Source of the DNA: Macrostomum lignano
Lineage: Eukaryota
Assembly: GCA_002269645.1 (NCBI GenBank)
Contig: NIVC01001046.1
Span: 124,001 to 188,000 of the forward strand
Length of the DNA: 64,000 bases
Reading direction: 5' to 3'
This document shows positions 26,293-39,285 of this stretch, one piece after another. The notes below the pieces were generated by a model. The model worked only from the letters and a program-made list of their open reading frames with translations. It had not been told where the DNA came from and did no database searches. How positions within the stretch are numbered: the first letter of the stretch is position 1; every line of letters begins with the position of its first letter. Both the position numbers and the translations under genes were made by a program.

Positions 26293-27939
26293 TCTCAGAC
26301 CGTCGATCCTCATCACAATCAAGTTGACAACCACGGCTGTCGCGGCGGTTGCAGCAGCCCGATTTGCTGTCGCCTGCCGCACCGACTCCTGGTCCGAATC
26401 CTGGCCAGCCTGACGCTGCCCGATCGTCTGCTCACGGCGCCGTTCGTCTGTCCTCGCCTGGCAGCCGCCAGCCGCGAGCCCGCTGTCCAGGGCCGCCTGC
26501 TCGACCTCGCCTGTCTCGCGCCGCTGTCCCGACCGGCCATCTTGAAGCTTCTGAGGATGCTTCGCCGACGCTCGCCAAGAAGGCTTCGTCGTTTAGTGCT
26601 GGCGTCGGATTCTGCCGCTAGCATCGGTTTGATCTCCGCTGACGAGTTCCTGACATTGGCTGTCCGACTTTGTCCCGGCCTTGGCCATCTGCAGCTGCTG
26701 GACGCGGTCGGCAGCAACTTGCCGAGATTCCTCCGCACTGCCAGGTGTCGCCGGCTGGTGAGTCTTCGATTGGACCGAGTCTACCCGGAGCGCGGCACTT
26801 CTCAGCTATTTTTTGCTCACGTTGCTCGTCGATTCCCCCGACTGTCGCGGTTGTCGTTAAACGCCGCTACAGCCGGCGATGCGCCCGCCGCTTTGGCCTC
26901 TCTGGCGCCGCTTCGATTTCGACTTCGCCGGCTGCGCTTTGGCATCGGTGGCGACTGTCGCGGCGGTGCTGGCGGCAGTGAGAACTGTCGCCTGCAGGCC
27001 TTGCTGAGCGCCCTGCCTTCGCCGATGCTGGCGCACTTGCGATTGATCTCGCTGGACCTGTCCAACCTCCGGCTGCCGGCCGCTCCGGAAGACAGTCTCA
27101 GACCGTTGCAGGCCGCCGCCAACTTGACCTGCCTGCGTCTCGACGGCAACTTCTTTCCGCAACTGGCGCCGGCGTCCTTAGCCGAAGCGTTGCGTTCGCT
27201 GCGTCACCGGCTGCGCTGCCTCCGTCTGGCCGAAATGTCTCCATCGGCTACTCCGGATGCCTGCTGCTCGCCGGCTGTCATCGACGCTCTGTTCCGACGC
27301 CGGATGCCGGCGCTTCGCTCGCTCACCGTTGGACTCCGGAGATTTGTCGATAGGCACGCCGGCGCCGTAGCGCGCGCCGCCCCGAGGCTGCGTCGACTCG
27401 CCTTTCTAAACTGCGGCATCGGCGCCGACACTCTGCGTCGGCTGTTGCTGCCGATTGGCTCGCCGTTTCCAAGCGCTCGGCGTCCGCGTCGGCTCCGCCT
27501 GTTGGCCGTGGTTGCGGGCTTGTTTGGCTCGAAATTAGAACTGGATGGGGTTGAGAGTGGTCAAGATGTTACGGAGAAGCGCAGCATCGGGTATTGTGTA
27601 AGAGGATTGAGTATCGATCGCGAAGCTGACTGTCTGCGCTGCGTCAGCCTGAGCGCTCCGGCTTCGGTTCATGCTGGCCTGGAGTCGCTGCTGACTTTAG
27701 CCCTACCGCCGGAGCCGTATTTCGTTCGCTTGAGTTCCGCCGACTCAGCCGCGTCTGGAATGTCGATGATCGACAGCTGGATGACGGCGGGTTGGCTGAC
27801 GCCCCGGCTGGCTGCAGGCGGAAGGGCTGGTGGCGCGGAGCCCCTGGCTTTGATTGGTCACTTAGTGCATGATCGCTGGTGCGTCTGCGAGACCCGCGGG
27901 CCCGCCGAAGCTTTCTCGGCTGCCGTTCTGCGGGACTGA
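26293..27939 (+). CDS. F-box / leucine-rich-repeat protein (FBXL-like); 5' end not located
   Basis: The frame is open from 26263, upstream of the listed ORF. It reads ICCRLPHRLLVRILASLTLPDRLLTAPFVCPRL (F-box-like), then LxxLxL repeats (LRLISLDLSN, LTCLRLDGN, LRRLAFLNC). Confidence 0.75.
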   Translation, partial: SQTVDPHHNQVDNHGCRGGCSSPICCRLPHRLLVRILASLTLPDRLLTAPFVCPRLAAASREPAVQGRLLDLACLAPLSRPAILKLLRMLRRRSPRRLRRLVLASDSAASIGLISADEFLTLAVRLCPGLGHLQLLDAVGSNLPRFLRTARCRRLVSLRLDRVYPERGTSQLFFAHVARRFPRLSRLSLNAATAGDAPAALASLAPLRFRLRRLRFGIGGDCRGGAGGSENCRLQALLSALPSPMLAHLRLISLDLSNLRLPAAPEDSLRPLQAAANLTCLRLDGNFFPQLAPASLAEALRSLRHRLRCLRLAEMSPSATPDACCSPAVIDALFRRRMPALRSLTVGLRRFVDRHAGAVARAAPRLRRLAFLNCGIGADTLRRLLLPIGSPFPSARRPRRLRLLAVVAGLFGSKLELDGVESGQDVTEKRSIGYCVRGLSIDREADCLRCVSLSAPASVHAGLESLLTLALPPEPYFVRLSSADSAASGMSMIDSWMTAGWLTPRLAAGGRAGGAEPLALIGHLVHDRWCVCETRGPAEAFSAAVLRD

Positions 27940-27959
27940 CTTTGCTGCGCTGTGGGCCC

Positions 27960-28270
27960 GAAACTTCATGTTTCTCTAACTGCACTAAACTTCATGTTTC
28001 TCAAACTGCACTAAACCTCATGTTTCTCAAACTTTAATAAACTTCATGTTTCTCAAACTTCACTGAACTTCATGTTTCTCAAACTTCACTAAACTTCATG
28101 TTTTTCAAACTTCACTGAACTTCATGTTTCTCAAACTTCACTAAACTTCATGTTTCTCAAACTTCACTGAACTTCATGTTTCTCAAACTTCACTAAACTT
28201 CATGTTTCTCAAACTTCAATAAACTTCAATGTTCTCAAACTTCACTAAACTTTTATATTCCCTAAACTTC
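27960..28270. repeat. 26-bp minisatellite (AAACTTCATGTTTCTCAAACTTCACT)n
   Basis: Seen directly just after the F-box/LRR stop codon. Confidence 0.92.
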
Positions 28271-28638
28271 AATTCCCAACTGGCTTCCCTAACACACAAA
28301 AGTTGTGGAATATGAAGTTGCCATGGGCTTAGCTGTTGTTAAATATTTACTTTTTGTCTCTGTTGGCATTCCATGCAATAATCTTCTATGAGCTTTTCCT
28401 ACATTCCTTATATTTTTAATAAATTGGTGTGTTTAAAGTTGCAATCTTATGCGATAGATGGAGAGCAAAATTTATTCATATTTACTATACCACCGGAATA
28501 TGCAAAAAACCGAAACATCAGTTAACACTTCTTTATTATTTTTTACTGATTTTAGATTTGTATTGACGGTATGGTGTTTACAGTAGTACTGTATGCGAGT
28601 AAGTTCTGAGACAAGACACTAAAAATAACAATGCAATA

Positions 28639-29949
28639 CGAGGGGTGATCAAAAAGTTCTGCAAGTGACCTCACAACTCAGTGTTACAGCAGCCGAGGCG
28701 TCAAATCAGTGTCACATTCCCTCAAAGTACTTTCCACCACCATCTATGCACCATCGCAATGCCTATGCACCATGTCTGAAAGCAGTCGTGGTACTCCGAA
28801 GTTGGTATACCCTGTAGAGCTGAATTTACCGCTTGGGCAAGCTCTTGTATGTGTTAAAACGGCCTCGCAGAAATGACGGATTTGATCCTCGGGAACAGCC
28901 AAAAGTTGCATGGTGCTAGATCTGGATGGATGGGGCAGCAGCTGGACCCCCTGCTGCTCCAGGTACGCCATGGTTGAGGCCGCTCTGTGCGGTGCCGCAT
29001 TGTCATGGACTGGTGCAGCAGGAGTCGAGGTCCATGTCTGGTTCGCGCACGTTCCCGCCGCTCCTGCAGCACGCCTGGCAGAACAGTGTCTGTGTAGTAC
29101 CTGGCAGTCACTGTGGCACCCGCTGGAAGGATGTTCACCGATACAACACCCTGAGAGTTGAAAAAATGATGAATATCCGCTTCCGACTGCGGAATCCGGT
29201 CTTCAGCACCTTGGGCCTCGGGCTCATCTTCTGCTAGCCAGACCATGTTGGACTGCTTATCCTTCATGGTAAAAGAAGGAGATCCAACATTCGTCTCCTG
29301 TGATGACATCCGACAGTCGTCGTGGGCCGTGAGGGTCAAACATTTGCACCCACAAGCGACAGATCTCTGCTTGCTGCTCCGGAGTGAGAAGATGGGGTAC
29401 TCACCGAGCGCAGGTCTTTGTGCGGCCTAGTTGCTCATGCATGATGTAATGAGCACTTCCATAGCTGACACCAAGCTCATTGGCAAGGAATCTCAGCATA
29501 ATGCTCCAATCCTCACGAATTATTGCATCGGCATGGGCCACAACATCTTCGGTCACGGATGTCCGGGGTCGGCCAGAACTCGGTTCATCGTTAAAGCTGT
29601 CCCGGCCTTCCAAGAAATGGCGCAGCCAGCGGGCAACCGTGTCAAATGATGGAGCAGAGTCAGCTAAAACATTCACCAGATCGGTATGAATCTCAGTCAC
29701 TTTGCAACCAAGTTGCATGCACAAAGATATAGAAGCGAACACTGTCTTTATGATGTTTCCATCAGCTACTGAAAACACATGGAAAATATATGGCTGTGAA
29801 ATTTGACTGGAGCACATTTGGAAGCCAAAATTGCATATAGCTAAATATAGCAAACAGATATAGCCGCATATGTGTAAGTTTTTGGCTTTTGCCGATTCTA
29901 TAACTAAGAGCTATAACAAAAGGTTGCAAAACTTTTTGATCACCCCTCG
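28639..29949 (-). mobile_element. Mariner (Tc1/mariner) transposon, 1.31 kb, frameshifted transposase
   Basis: TIRs CGAGGGGTGATCAAAAAGTTYTGCAA (1 mismatch in 26) with TA on both sides. HTH region VARW...SGRP, then HDNA and DLAPCNFWLFP motifs in shifted frames. Confidence 0.95.
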
Positions 29950-30993
29950 TATAGAATTGGACCAGCGCAATCAGATTCAATAACAATAGACACAGTACGA
30001 ATGCTCGCGTTTGCGAAAGCACTGTTTAATAACAGCGGGAGTAAGAGCTCTAAAGTAGCTCACCATAAAACTGATGGATAAATATGATTAAATGAAGGCG
30101 GGATAAAAATCCTGCAATGTTGGCCCAATTTAAGGCACAGCACAAAAAATTAACGCGTCAGGAATCAGAACTTCGATCTGCCATCCTAGAAGACTCAAGG
30201 AGTAGCTAGTTCAGATTTCAATGGGATACTTTGGCCGTATGATTAAATAAAGTGAGAATTTGCTCAGCAGTTTTTGCTTAAACTCTAAGTGAGGGAAGTC
30301 TTCATATAACTGAGTCTATCGACCTGAAGCTCAATATTTTTGGTCGACTAGAGACTATAGTTTCTACTTGAGCATTGATTGAGAAAAGATGATTGTTTTT
30401 GGCAAAAGTTTGAGCGAATGCTCACTTATATTCATCCGGCCAAATGAGTACAGCATGCACCATTAACAAAAAAGGTCGAAGCACAAAATCAGGCACTTTT
30501 CTATTGAAAAGTTTGAGAGGCTGTTGCTAGTTTCTTTTTAAAATTTTAATACAGGTTGAAATCAGAAATTTAAGGCTCGGTCACACCGCTATCAAATGCA
30601 GTCACGCATTTGAACAAACTTCTAATAGAATTTCGAGTATAGCTAGTATCTGGCAAAAACATCTGACCCGTGGCACTTCCAGTACTTCATAAGACCGAAT
30701 TACACAGTGCACCGAACAGGCATAAAAACCTTAAAAGCAGAGTCCTTCATAAGATCTTTTGATGGGGCTTATAACCATGTACAAGCATGCTAAAGCATGA
30801 TGGAGTTTATTGCAAGAATTTCAATTACGTTTATATTTTGATCGCATGGATCGAGGATGCTGCGTTTTGATTCTGTTGTCGTGGTGAGATTCTGGTCTTA
30901 TGAAAAGTGTCAACGACGTTTGACAGCCTCAATTTGAATAGCTACCACTCTGGCAGCCAGCCATTTGACTGCCAAAAACGAGTATAACTTAAC

Positions 30994-31418
30994 CAGGGCC
31001 ACATGCGGCCCACGAAGCCTCTCTATCCGGCCCTCGGGTCCTTTGAAACTTCACAGTGGGAATCCGGCCCGCTCAAGATGTGACTCTTCGGCTCCTTTGT
31101 CAGTTCTCTCCTCTCCACTCTCCTCCTCTTTCTCATCTCTCTTCTTTTCTTTTCTCACATCTCATCTCCTCTCTCCTCTCATCTTTCTTCGCTTCTCTTA
31201 TCTTCTCTCTCATCTCCTCTCCTCTTATCTTCTCTCTCATCTCTCCAATTTTCTCTCTTCTTATCTTCTCTTATTGCATCTCTCATCTCGCCTCTCACTT
31301 TTCATCTCTTTCCTCTTCTCTCTTCTCTATTCCCATTTTTCCCTCTCTCATCCGGCCCGCGGCAATGATCTATAAATTCCTTATCTGACCCTGAGGTACA
31401 AAAGTTTTCTGATCCCTG
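30994..31418. mobile_element. Possible hAT/Charlie-like MITE remnant enclosing a CT-rich tract (31100-31350)
   Basis: GGGCCACATGCGGCCC, repeated CCGGCCC motifs and a ...CCCTG end. No matching 8-bp TSD found. Confidence 0.3.
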
Positions 31419-31582
31419 ACTCAAACCCCTAACCTAAATTGCTAGTGGGTAAAATTCTCTTTCGGCAGTCAAAAGTCTGGCTCCCCTTTGAAAGATTTTT
31501 GTTCCATCGGTCTTGCGACCGACCCAGTCTTAGAGGTCTTATAGAATCACTGCAGAATGCACAACTGCCGCCAGAACTTGAG

Positions 31583-32863
31583 CTAATAGAGCTTCCCATT
31601 GTTTTCACCATCATCAGTTTTGTCGGCACCGGGATCTGATCCATGTCCGACAGTGTTGGACAGACGACGGGACCTGCGAAACACGTCGTTTCGCAGTAGG
31701 ATGACAAAGAGGGCCGGATTAATGAGGTTCATGATGCACATTGCGCCGCCTAGCAGGCACAAGTAGGCGGTGTCTATGCGGCTACGCTCGGCCACCATGC
31801 CGTAGGTGATTCGAGCTAAGCAGTAGCCGCGGCACAGCAAAAATGTGGCCAGATTAATCAGCGCATTTAACCGATAGACTGGAGCCGTGAATGAGACGCG
31901 CAGCATTTGCATCAGTTTGCGCAGGTGAAGAAAAATTGAATTCACCTCGGTGAGCAAAGCCACAGCTGTGTAGCCAATGAACATCCGATTAGATAAGTTG
32001 TAGACAAATGTTGATATCACCTGTGAGTGTAGAAATGTGTTTATATTGATTTTTATCAATAGTAGCTTATGTCATACACCTATATCAATATAGATTTAGT
32101 CAATAATTAATTATTCTTTGTTAAAACAGTCAAACTGCTAAGTTTATTGTGCCTAATGGGGTAAAAATTTGCATTCTATAATGAGATTCCATTAAAAATG
32201 ATAACAGTCTAAGCTTGTACTTACAGCAATATGATGAAGACTTAGCTCCCATTCCTTAAGCAACTTTCCTTGAATTAGGAGGTCCATAAAGTCGTAGAAA
32301 AAGTATCCTAGAAATATATTTGTGAAGAAGAAATGCATATTTCTTAGATCAAAATGTTTAGTAATAGAAGTATAAATGAAAATATTCAAACCTGTTGATA
32401 TGGCAACCATGTAGTATGTAAATGGAGATATATGGTTTATCAAATCCTGCCACATCTCAGGATACAAGTAGAAACTACAATTAATAAAGAAATAGTGAGA
32501 GCAGACACTACTTAATAAAAAAACTTGTCATTTATGTTTTATGTTAATAAATCAGTATAATATTACATGTTATTTAAACACCCTCTTCAAAAGATCAATA
32601 AGAACCAATAATACTTACCAAGAAAGGTCCCATATGCCAATTATTAGAGCATGAATCCACGATAGAAGAAGATTTTTCCATTTCCATAACTCCTCTTGAT
32701 TTTTCGCTCGATGTACAATGATTCTTGGGGGACCAATCACGGTTAAAATTTGATTTAGTAATCCGAAAATTGCAATAGTAAATAAAGCGGCACAAAATCC
32801 TCCCTTCACAGAAACTACACCAGCTTCGTTAGGAAAAGCGTTTTTGTAGAGTTCATTTTTCAT
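31583..32863 (-). CDS. TLCD2: TLC (TRAM/LAG1/CLN8) domain membrane protein, TLCD1/2-like, ~282 aa
   Basis: Exons 32863-32619, 32474-32392, 32307-32225 and 32020-31583, GT-AG and in frame. Motifs: WKWKNLLLSWIH, GYFFYD, LHHIAV, EVNSIFLHLRKL. TLCD1 versus TLCD2 orthology cannot be resolved by eye. Confidence 0.85.
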
Positions 32864-34454
32864 CTGAACTACTCAAGAGAACACAAAGTCTATAAATAAC
32901 TAGCTAATGCTGGAGCCAAACCGTAAGGCGTTGGGTTGTTACGTGAGCGTGGCAACATTTGGTTTATCTTTGTAATTCTCCAAGTTAAAATTGTGAAGTT
33001 ATACATTTACAACGGAAATAACAAATTTTTCGTCAGAATTCAAGATACATTCATATAATGCAACAAGAGAAAATACTGCTTTTTACTTAATATAAATTTC
33101 TTATTTAGAATTTCCTAGTATTTTTATCGCAAAACACTTTGTAATTGTAACAAACCTACAGTGCAATAAGTCGTACAAACCAATGCAACATTGTCCGAGC
33201 CCGAGAGCTTGCTTATCAAGGACAACTGAAGTTACGTTACGCACTACTTAAGTTGTCCTTGTTGCTTATACGAGCTATTCATCTTAAGAACAACTTGAAA
33301 TTGTTCATAGTGGTCATTGATTCGTCTACGAAGTGAAAATATCAGGTAATACATATTCAAAATGCCTATATAATTCACAACAAAATTTAATATTACATGT
33401 ACGCTCGTATAAATTTAGAACCCAGGTGTACGTATTCTTTAAATCAAAACATGCATGGACAACTGAATTAGTATAGTAGCTATTAGACTTATAATTCAGC
33501 TGGTCCATGGATGAAACTACATGTGTACAAATGTATACACATAAGAACTGTAAACATGTACTGTAAATTCACGAGGTCTTTCGCGGGTACGAGATAATCT
33601 TCGCGGGCAGCATATGCAGCAGTTGAAGCCAGGTTCCGGATGAGCAATTAAGATTATACATGTACATGTAAAGCTATAAATTTTACTATAAAACCAACAT
33701 ATACTGATGTACATGTTAAGTATAGCTAGTAGTATACCTGATACCTTAAAGCACGAAAACTACTATGTATTTTCTGTTAATAGATTCTATATACTAATTA
33801 GTTAAGACCAAACTCCTTGCTTAAAAAATCAATTTAATAAGTAGTAAATTTATCAATAAGGTTTTATCTATCTTTCATAAGAGCCCGAGTTGTCAAGTTT
33901 AAAAGATCGGCACGTACGTTTCCGCTCTGACTTGCACTGACACGTGAGAGACAGGGCTGACCAACTTAAAAATATTACATTAACAAAAAGTGCAACTGCC
34001 TACAAAATACAGCTGTTTGACCTGGGCTGGGTGACTGGGATTGGTGCTGTTAATAGAGATTGATTCGCGTGTAAGACAATCACCTTATAGCTTTGTTTGC
34101 ACTGCCCACAACTATTAACCCTTGGATCGAGCTGGGGTTGCTCCATCAACACAATGCGTATTCGTTAGGGGTGCTTAATTGTATTAGATTATCTGCCGGG
34201 AGGAGTGCGATTCTCAAGTAGGGGTGAAGTGATCCTCAGTTTGGAGCAGTGCTAATTTGACATTTATTTGACTGCCACACAATGGAATGTAAGCTGGATC
34301 TGTAACTGGATCATTAATTTTTTGCCTAATTCTCATTGATTTCTACTTCAGAATATAAGAAAAAGTGTCTGGAGAGTTATATATGTTGAAAATGCCAGTG
34401 CTTTGGTTTTGATCAACCGACTATCGGAAACATATTTCCGATATACTATCGGAA

Positions 34455-34865
34455 ACACCAGCCGAGATCAGAAACACCGAGAAGTCAGAAACACCGGGAG
34501 GTCAGAAACGCAGGAGATCAGAAACACCGGGAGGTCAGAAACGCAGGAGATCAGAAACGCAGGAGATAAGAAACGCAGGAGATCAGAAACACCGGAGATA
34601 AGAAACGCAGGAGATCAGAAACACCGGAGATAAGAAACGCAGGAGATCAGAAACACCGGAGATAAGAAACGCAGGAGATCAGAAACACCGGAGATAAGAA
34701 ACGCAGGAGATCAGAACCACCGAGAAGTCAGAAACACCGGGAGGTCAGAAACGCAGGAGATCAGAAACACCGGAGATAAGAAACGCAGGTGATCAGAAAC
34801 ACCGGAGATAAGAAACGCTGGTGATCAGAAACACCGGAGATAAGAAACACCGGGAGATCAGAAAC
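34455..34865. repeat. 16-bp degenerate minisatellite (GAGATCAGAAACACCG / GAGATAAGAAACGCAG)
   Basis: Seen directly. Confidence 0.9.
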
Positions 34866-35303
34866 ATTGAAGATCGTTTTCAGTATTGCCTGTGTATATA
34901 TTTTATCTTCGGAAACTTGTTCACCAACCGCGGACTAAGCATTTCGACAAATTGCCGCTTCCATTTAAGTTTGCCAAATTCTTTGAATGCAACGTCTTTC
35001 TACGTTGATAGTTTCACATGCCAATCTCAAAACTCCAAACAAAAGATCAATTATTACATTAAAAGCATGATGTTGTTGATTCGATTTTCCATTAGTCTCT
35101 CATCTATAGCTACATGTACATGTAGCTTCAATGCTACAAAAGAATGTTGAGTCCGGAACGGTCATGCAGAGGTCGGCATGCCTTCATTTTGAATAAATAG
35201 GAGCTCCTTGTTAAGCTTAAGCGTGTATTTGTGCTGCGTATTCGGGCAGTTGGGCAGTCAGATCAGAGTCAAAGCCGGGGTTCTCCGAGCTCAGCTGCTC
35301 AGC

Positions 35304-35546
35304 TCAGAGCACCGCCTTGGCGACCTTGCCGGCGATGCGGATGGCCTTCCTCCAGCGGAAGCGCCTCCTCCTGCGCCACTTCTCGGCCGGCTGCAGGGCG
35401 CCGTCCTCGGACATGTCGGACTCCTCCAGGTTGGCCAGGGCCTCCAGCGCGTTCATCGCATCGGCGTCCTCGGCCTGCTCCGCGCTGGGAGCGGCGGCGG
35501 CCAGGGCCGTGCAGAGCAGAAGTCCGAGAGCGAGTTGCCACTTCAT
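35304..35546 (-). CDS. Secreted prepropeptide, candidate cationic antimicrobial peptide (copy 1)
   Basis: MKWQLALGLLLCTALAAA signal, D/E-rich propiece, C-terminal WRRRRRFRWRKAIRIAGKVAKAVL*. Intronless with GC-rich codons. Confidence 0.8.
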   Translation of the reverse strand: MKWQLALGLLLCTALAAAAPSAEQAEDADAMNALEALANLEESDMSEDGALQPAEKWRRRRRFRWRKAIRIAGKVAKAVL

Positions 35547-36309
35547 GGTTGAGTCTGTTGCTGTGCGAGCTGATGAAGCTGAGAGTCTGTGACTACTATT
35601 CCTGTTAATTGATCTCAGCCAGCTGCTTTAGGCGACGCATTTATGCAGCCGAAATCGGCACGTTTTTCCGCTCCGACTGCCTTCTGTTTGGACTGCCGGG
35701 CTGGCACGTGCGTGACAAGGGCTGACCTCTCCCAGTGATCGCACACTCTCTTTTCAATCATTTGATACAAAGTTTATGGTGGCAAATAGAACCGAATTCC
35801 TGTATAATTAATAAGGTTGTTGAACAAGCAACTTAATTCGGTAAATTTACACTAGAATTTTTTCGTTTAGTGTTACGTTTGTTTGAGCGGCTGTTGCACT
35901 CTGGGGGTCTTGCTACTGCAAACACGACCCTATTTGAATAGTCATCGAATTCACATTCTATTGAAATGCGCAATTTAATAGCTCTTGTATCTTATGAGCA
36001 GCAGGAACTCGCGATGAAGAGAGCTGAGCTTCACGATGGAGAATCCATGATGAACACATTGAAATGATCGATAAAGCATAGGCGTAACAACATCCGAGAC
36101 TCTGGGGTTCCGTTTCAATTATTGCTAATGATTGAATTCAGCATTTCTGATGTGAAATCCTTATACTTTTGTTTAATAAAAGATATGTATAGAGAAGCCG
36201 TGTCGGAATTTCAAGGTTATCCACAATATGTCTCTCTGGTGTTCCCATATTAAATATGACTGATAACTGAGAATCATTACCCCCAACAGATAATCATGTA
36301 TTGCTCTTC

Positions 36310-37010
36310 AACTGAGAATCACTGCTCACAACTGAGAATCACTGCTCACAACAGAGAATCACTGCTCACAACTGAGAATCACTGCTCACAACTGAGAATC
36401 ACTGCTCACAACAGAGAATCACTGCTCACAACTGAGAATCACTGCTCACAACTGAGAATCACTGCTCACAACTGAGAATCACTGCTCACAACTGAGAATC
36501 ACTGCTCACAACTGAGAATCACTGCTCACAACAGAGAATCACTGCTCACAACTGAGAATCACTGCTCACAACTGAGAATCACTGCTCACAACAGAGAATC
36601 ACTGCTCACACCTAAGAATCACTGCTCACAACTGAGAATCACTGCTCACAACTGAGAATCACTGCTCAAAACTGAGAATCACTGCTCACAACTGAGAATC
36701 ACTGCTCACAACTGAGAATCACTGCTCACAACTGAGCATCACTGCTCACAACTGAGAATCACTGCTCACAACTGAGAATCACTGCTCACAACTGAGAATC
36801 ACTGCTCACAACTGAGAATCACTGCTCACAACTGAGAATCACTGCTCACAACTGAGAATCACTGCTCACAACTGAGAATCACTGCTCACAACTGAGAATC
36901 ACTGCTCAAAACTGAGAATCACTGCTCACAACTGAGAATCACTGCTCACAACTGAGAATCACTGCTCACAACTGAGAATCACTGCTTACAACTGGGAATC
37001 ACTGCTCTTC
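36310..37010. repeat. 20-bp minisatellite (ACTGAGAATCACTGCTCACA)n, left block
   Basis: Seen directly. The same unit in the same orientation resumes at 39134. Confidence 0.97.
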
Positions 37011-37060
37011 ACAGCTTTGGTACTCGTTAATAAGTATTAAGCATTTACCCTACATGGGTC

Positions 37061-39070
37061 TTAACCCCCCAAACACTGATGGCACATGCCAGGCGTGCCA
37101 TGGGTCTCATTTAACCATATACTGAGAATACATGTCTATGGCCTAGATGGTTTAGCATAAATATGACTTTTCAACATTCCCATAAGTCACGGATGGCATG
37201 CTGTGCGTGCCATGTTATTTTTTCGCAATTTTTCAACTATATTTGACTGCAAGTACGGGATAGATAAAAAACTTTTAAAACTTTAAAAAAAGGACAACAA
37301 CAGAACAAAGAACAGTTAGGTAAACAATATTTAATGCATCGATGAGGCATTTAGGAGGAGCGTTTTGAATTTCGTATTCTGAACGTAATTAAGTTTTACA
37401 CCGTACCACCAGTGCAACTACTGTGCTGCTGCAGTGTGCCAATTCTGAAAGCACACGACAACACACAGCCCGGGCTCTCCTGGGCTTGTAAGTGCAATAA
37501 AAGTGCCATATGAATCGATATGAAAACTGGCTTAAATACTAAGTTGCAAAAATTGACACCATTGCTGTAGCAGACTCTGCATCGCTTTGTCGGCCTTGCA
37601 TTGGCATCTGTCGGCGGCAGCTTCGATGGCACGTGCTGTGAGACGGCCCTGCGCTTCGATGTATTCAGACGTTTGCCCCGGCCTGTTTGCTCCATGAGAG
37701 TGCTTTTGATATCGCTTCATTCTTGGCAGTTGCAGACCCAGGCACTGCGGACCAACTGCAGCAAAACGTGGAACCCGAGCTTCTGGTGCCATCTGTAGGT
37801 TCTTCTCCCCGCACTGTAAGGCTGCAGTGCTGCATCAAAGCGATCAACGCCTCCCATGTTCTTATTGTACTGCAGCACCGAATTCGGCTTTAAAACTGAC
37901 TCCTCCGCTCCGCCTCGGATCACTCGCCTCACTTCCGTGCTTTCAGCAACACCGTGCGTGACTGACGGGTTGCAGGGGCAGCATTTTCAGCTCATTCGGC
38001 ACACCTCGATTGGGCCTCACCGTCCCAGTCAGTAAAGTACTGCGTTCCAGCAGAAACTGCGCCAGACGGAGCGATGTGATGTGAACCAGCTCTAACAGAA
38101 GACCTTGTGCCCCAGGTCCAGCAAATTTTTACTCAATTCAACGACGATCTTCTCGCTCAACGACAAATTCCCGCAGTTTAATCCATCTCAAAACTTGTCG
38201 TCATCCTGCTTAGCAGCATGTACATGAAAGTTCCACAGAAAACCTGTCAAAGCTTCTGTCCAGCAGTACACCTTGAGGCCGAATCTGGCACGCTTGTTGG
38301 GCATGAACTGCCGGAAAATGAGCCTGCCCTTGTACATGACCAGTTCTTCATCGACAGACACCTCTTGACTTGGGCTGTAATTTGCTTGGCAAATATCGCG
38401 GGAAATGTTAAGAAACGGTCGCATCTTTTTCAAGGAGTCCTGGTGGTTGACGGTAGTGCAGTCGTAAAATCGAAGGAATGATAAAATCTGCACAAACCGA
38501 TCCCTTCCAAGGCAATGTTCTTTCTGGAAGTATTCACCGCCGTAGAAGTCTCCCGTGGACCAGTACATGTGCATTTCGGGCTTCTTCACAAGACCCATGT
38601 ACAGGACGATTGCTAGAGACTTCTTCACCTCATTGTCGGTACACGCTCTCCAAGTTGATAGCAAATTGGGAAGAGCTCCGTCCTGATCTTCAGCTGTCAA
38701 ATGTTGAAGCTTCATGTCAGCTCGGGAGTTGGTCCAGATGCGAATGGCAGACACCATGCAGATTAGCGGTGAGAAAGTGCTGCAGATAGAATTGCACCTG
38801 GGCCATTTTACCTTCAGGAGCTTGTGCTTGAATGTCTGGGTTCAGGGCCAGGCACAGCGAGGAATTCTCGTGGTTAAGCACAGCGAAACGTACAATTCCA
38901 CAATCCACTGGTTAAGCAGCTGTGTCAGCGGGAAAATAGTCGCACTGAAGAGGATCTCCAAGGCAACTGCTGCAAAATGCGGAGGATGGCATCGGAAAAT
39001 GATGCGCTACCTCCACCGGTGCATTACTGGCAACATATTCTCTAAGCTTGGAAAATTTTGGAACTGACTA
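37061..39070 (-). mobile_element. piggyBac-like transposon (PGBD-type transposase), decayed, one end missing
   Basis: VSVDEELVMYKGRLIFRQFMPNKRARFGLK, YNKNMGGVDRFD and a Cys-rich C-terminus RCRVC. TTAACCC terminus at 37061 with subterminal GATGGCA...GCGTGCCA repeats. No GGGTTAA found at the other end. Confidence 0.9.
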
Positions 39071-39133
39071 TTCAGCACGGTGGCTCCTTTGTTGCGTTGC
39101 GTTGCCTTGTTAGATGCTAGAAGATGCACGATG

Positions 39134-39285
39134 ACTGCTCACAACTGAAAATCACTGCTCACAACTAAGCATTGCTGCTCACACCTGAGAATCACTGCTC
39201 ACAGCTAAGCATCACTGCTCACACCTGAGAATCACTGCTCACAACTGAGCATCACAGCTTACACGTGAGAATCACTCCTCCCAGC
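39134..39285. repeat. 20-bp minisatellite, degenerate right block
   Basis: Same unit as 36310-37010. Confidence 0.85.

Noticed and set aside
33205-33310. Small inverted repeat AAGGACAACT...AGTTGTCCTT, plus motif clusters at 40720-40960 and 46100-46200
   Set aside because: Possibly MITE remnants, but no TIR/TSD pair could be defined.
36310-37010. CRISPR-like appearance of regular 20-bp repeats (also 23085-23790)
   Set aside because: No unique spacers, no cas genes, and a eukaryotic context.
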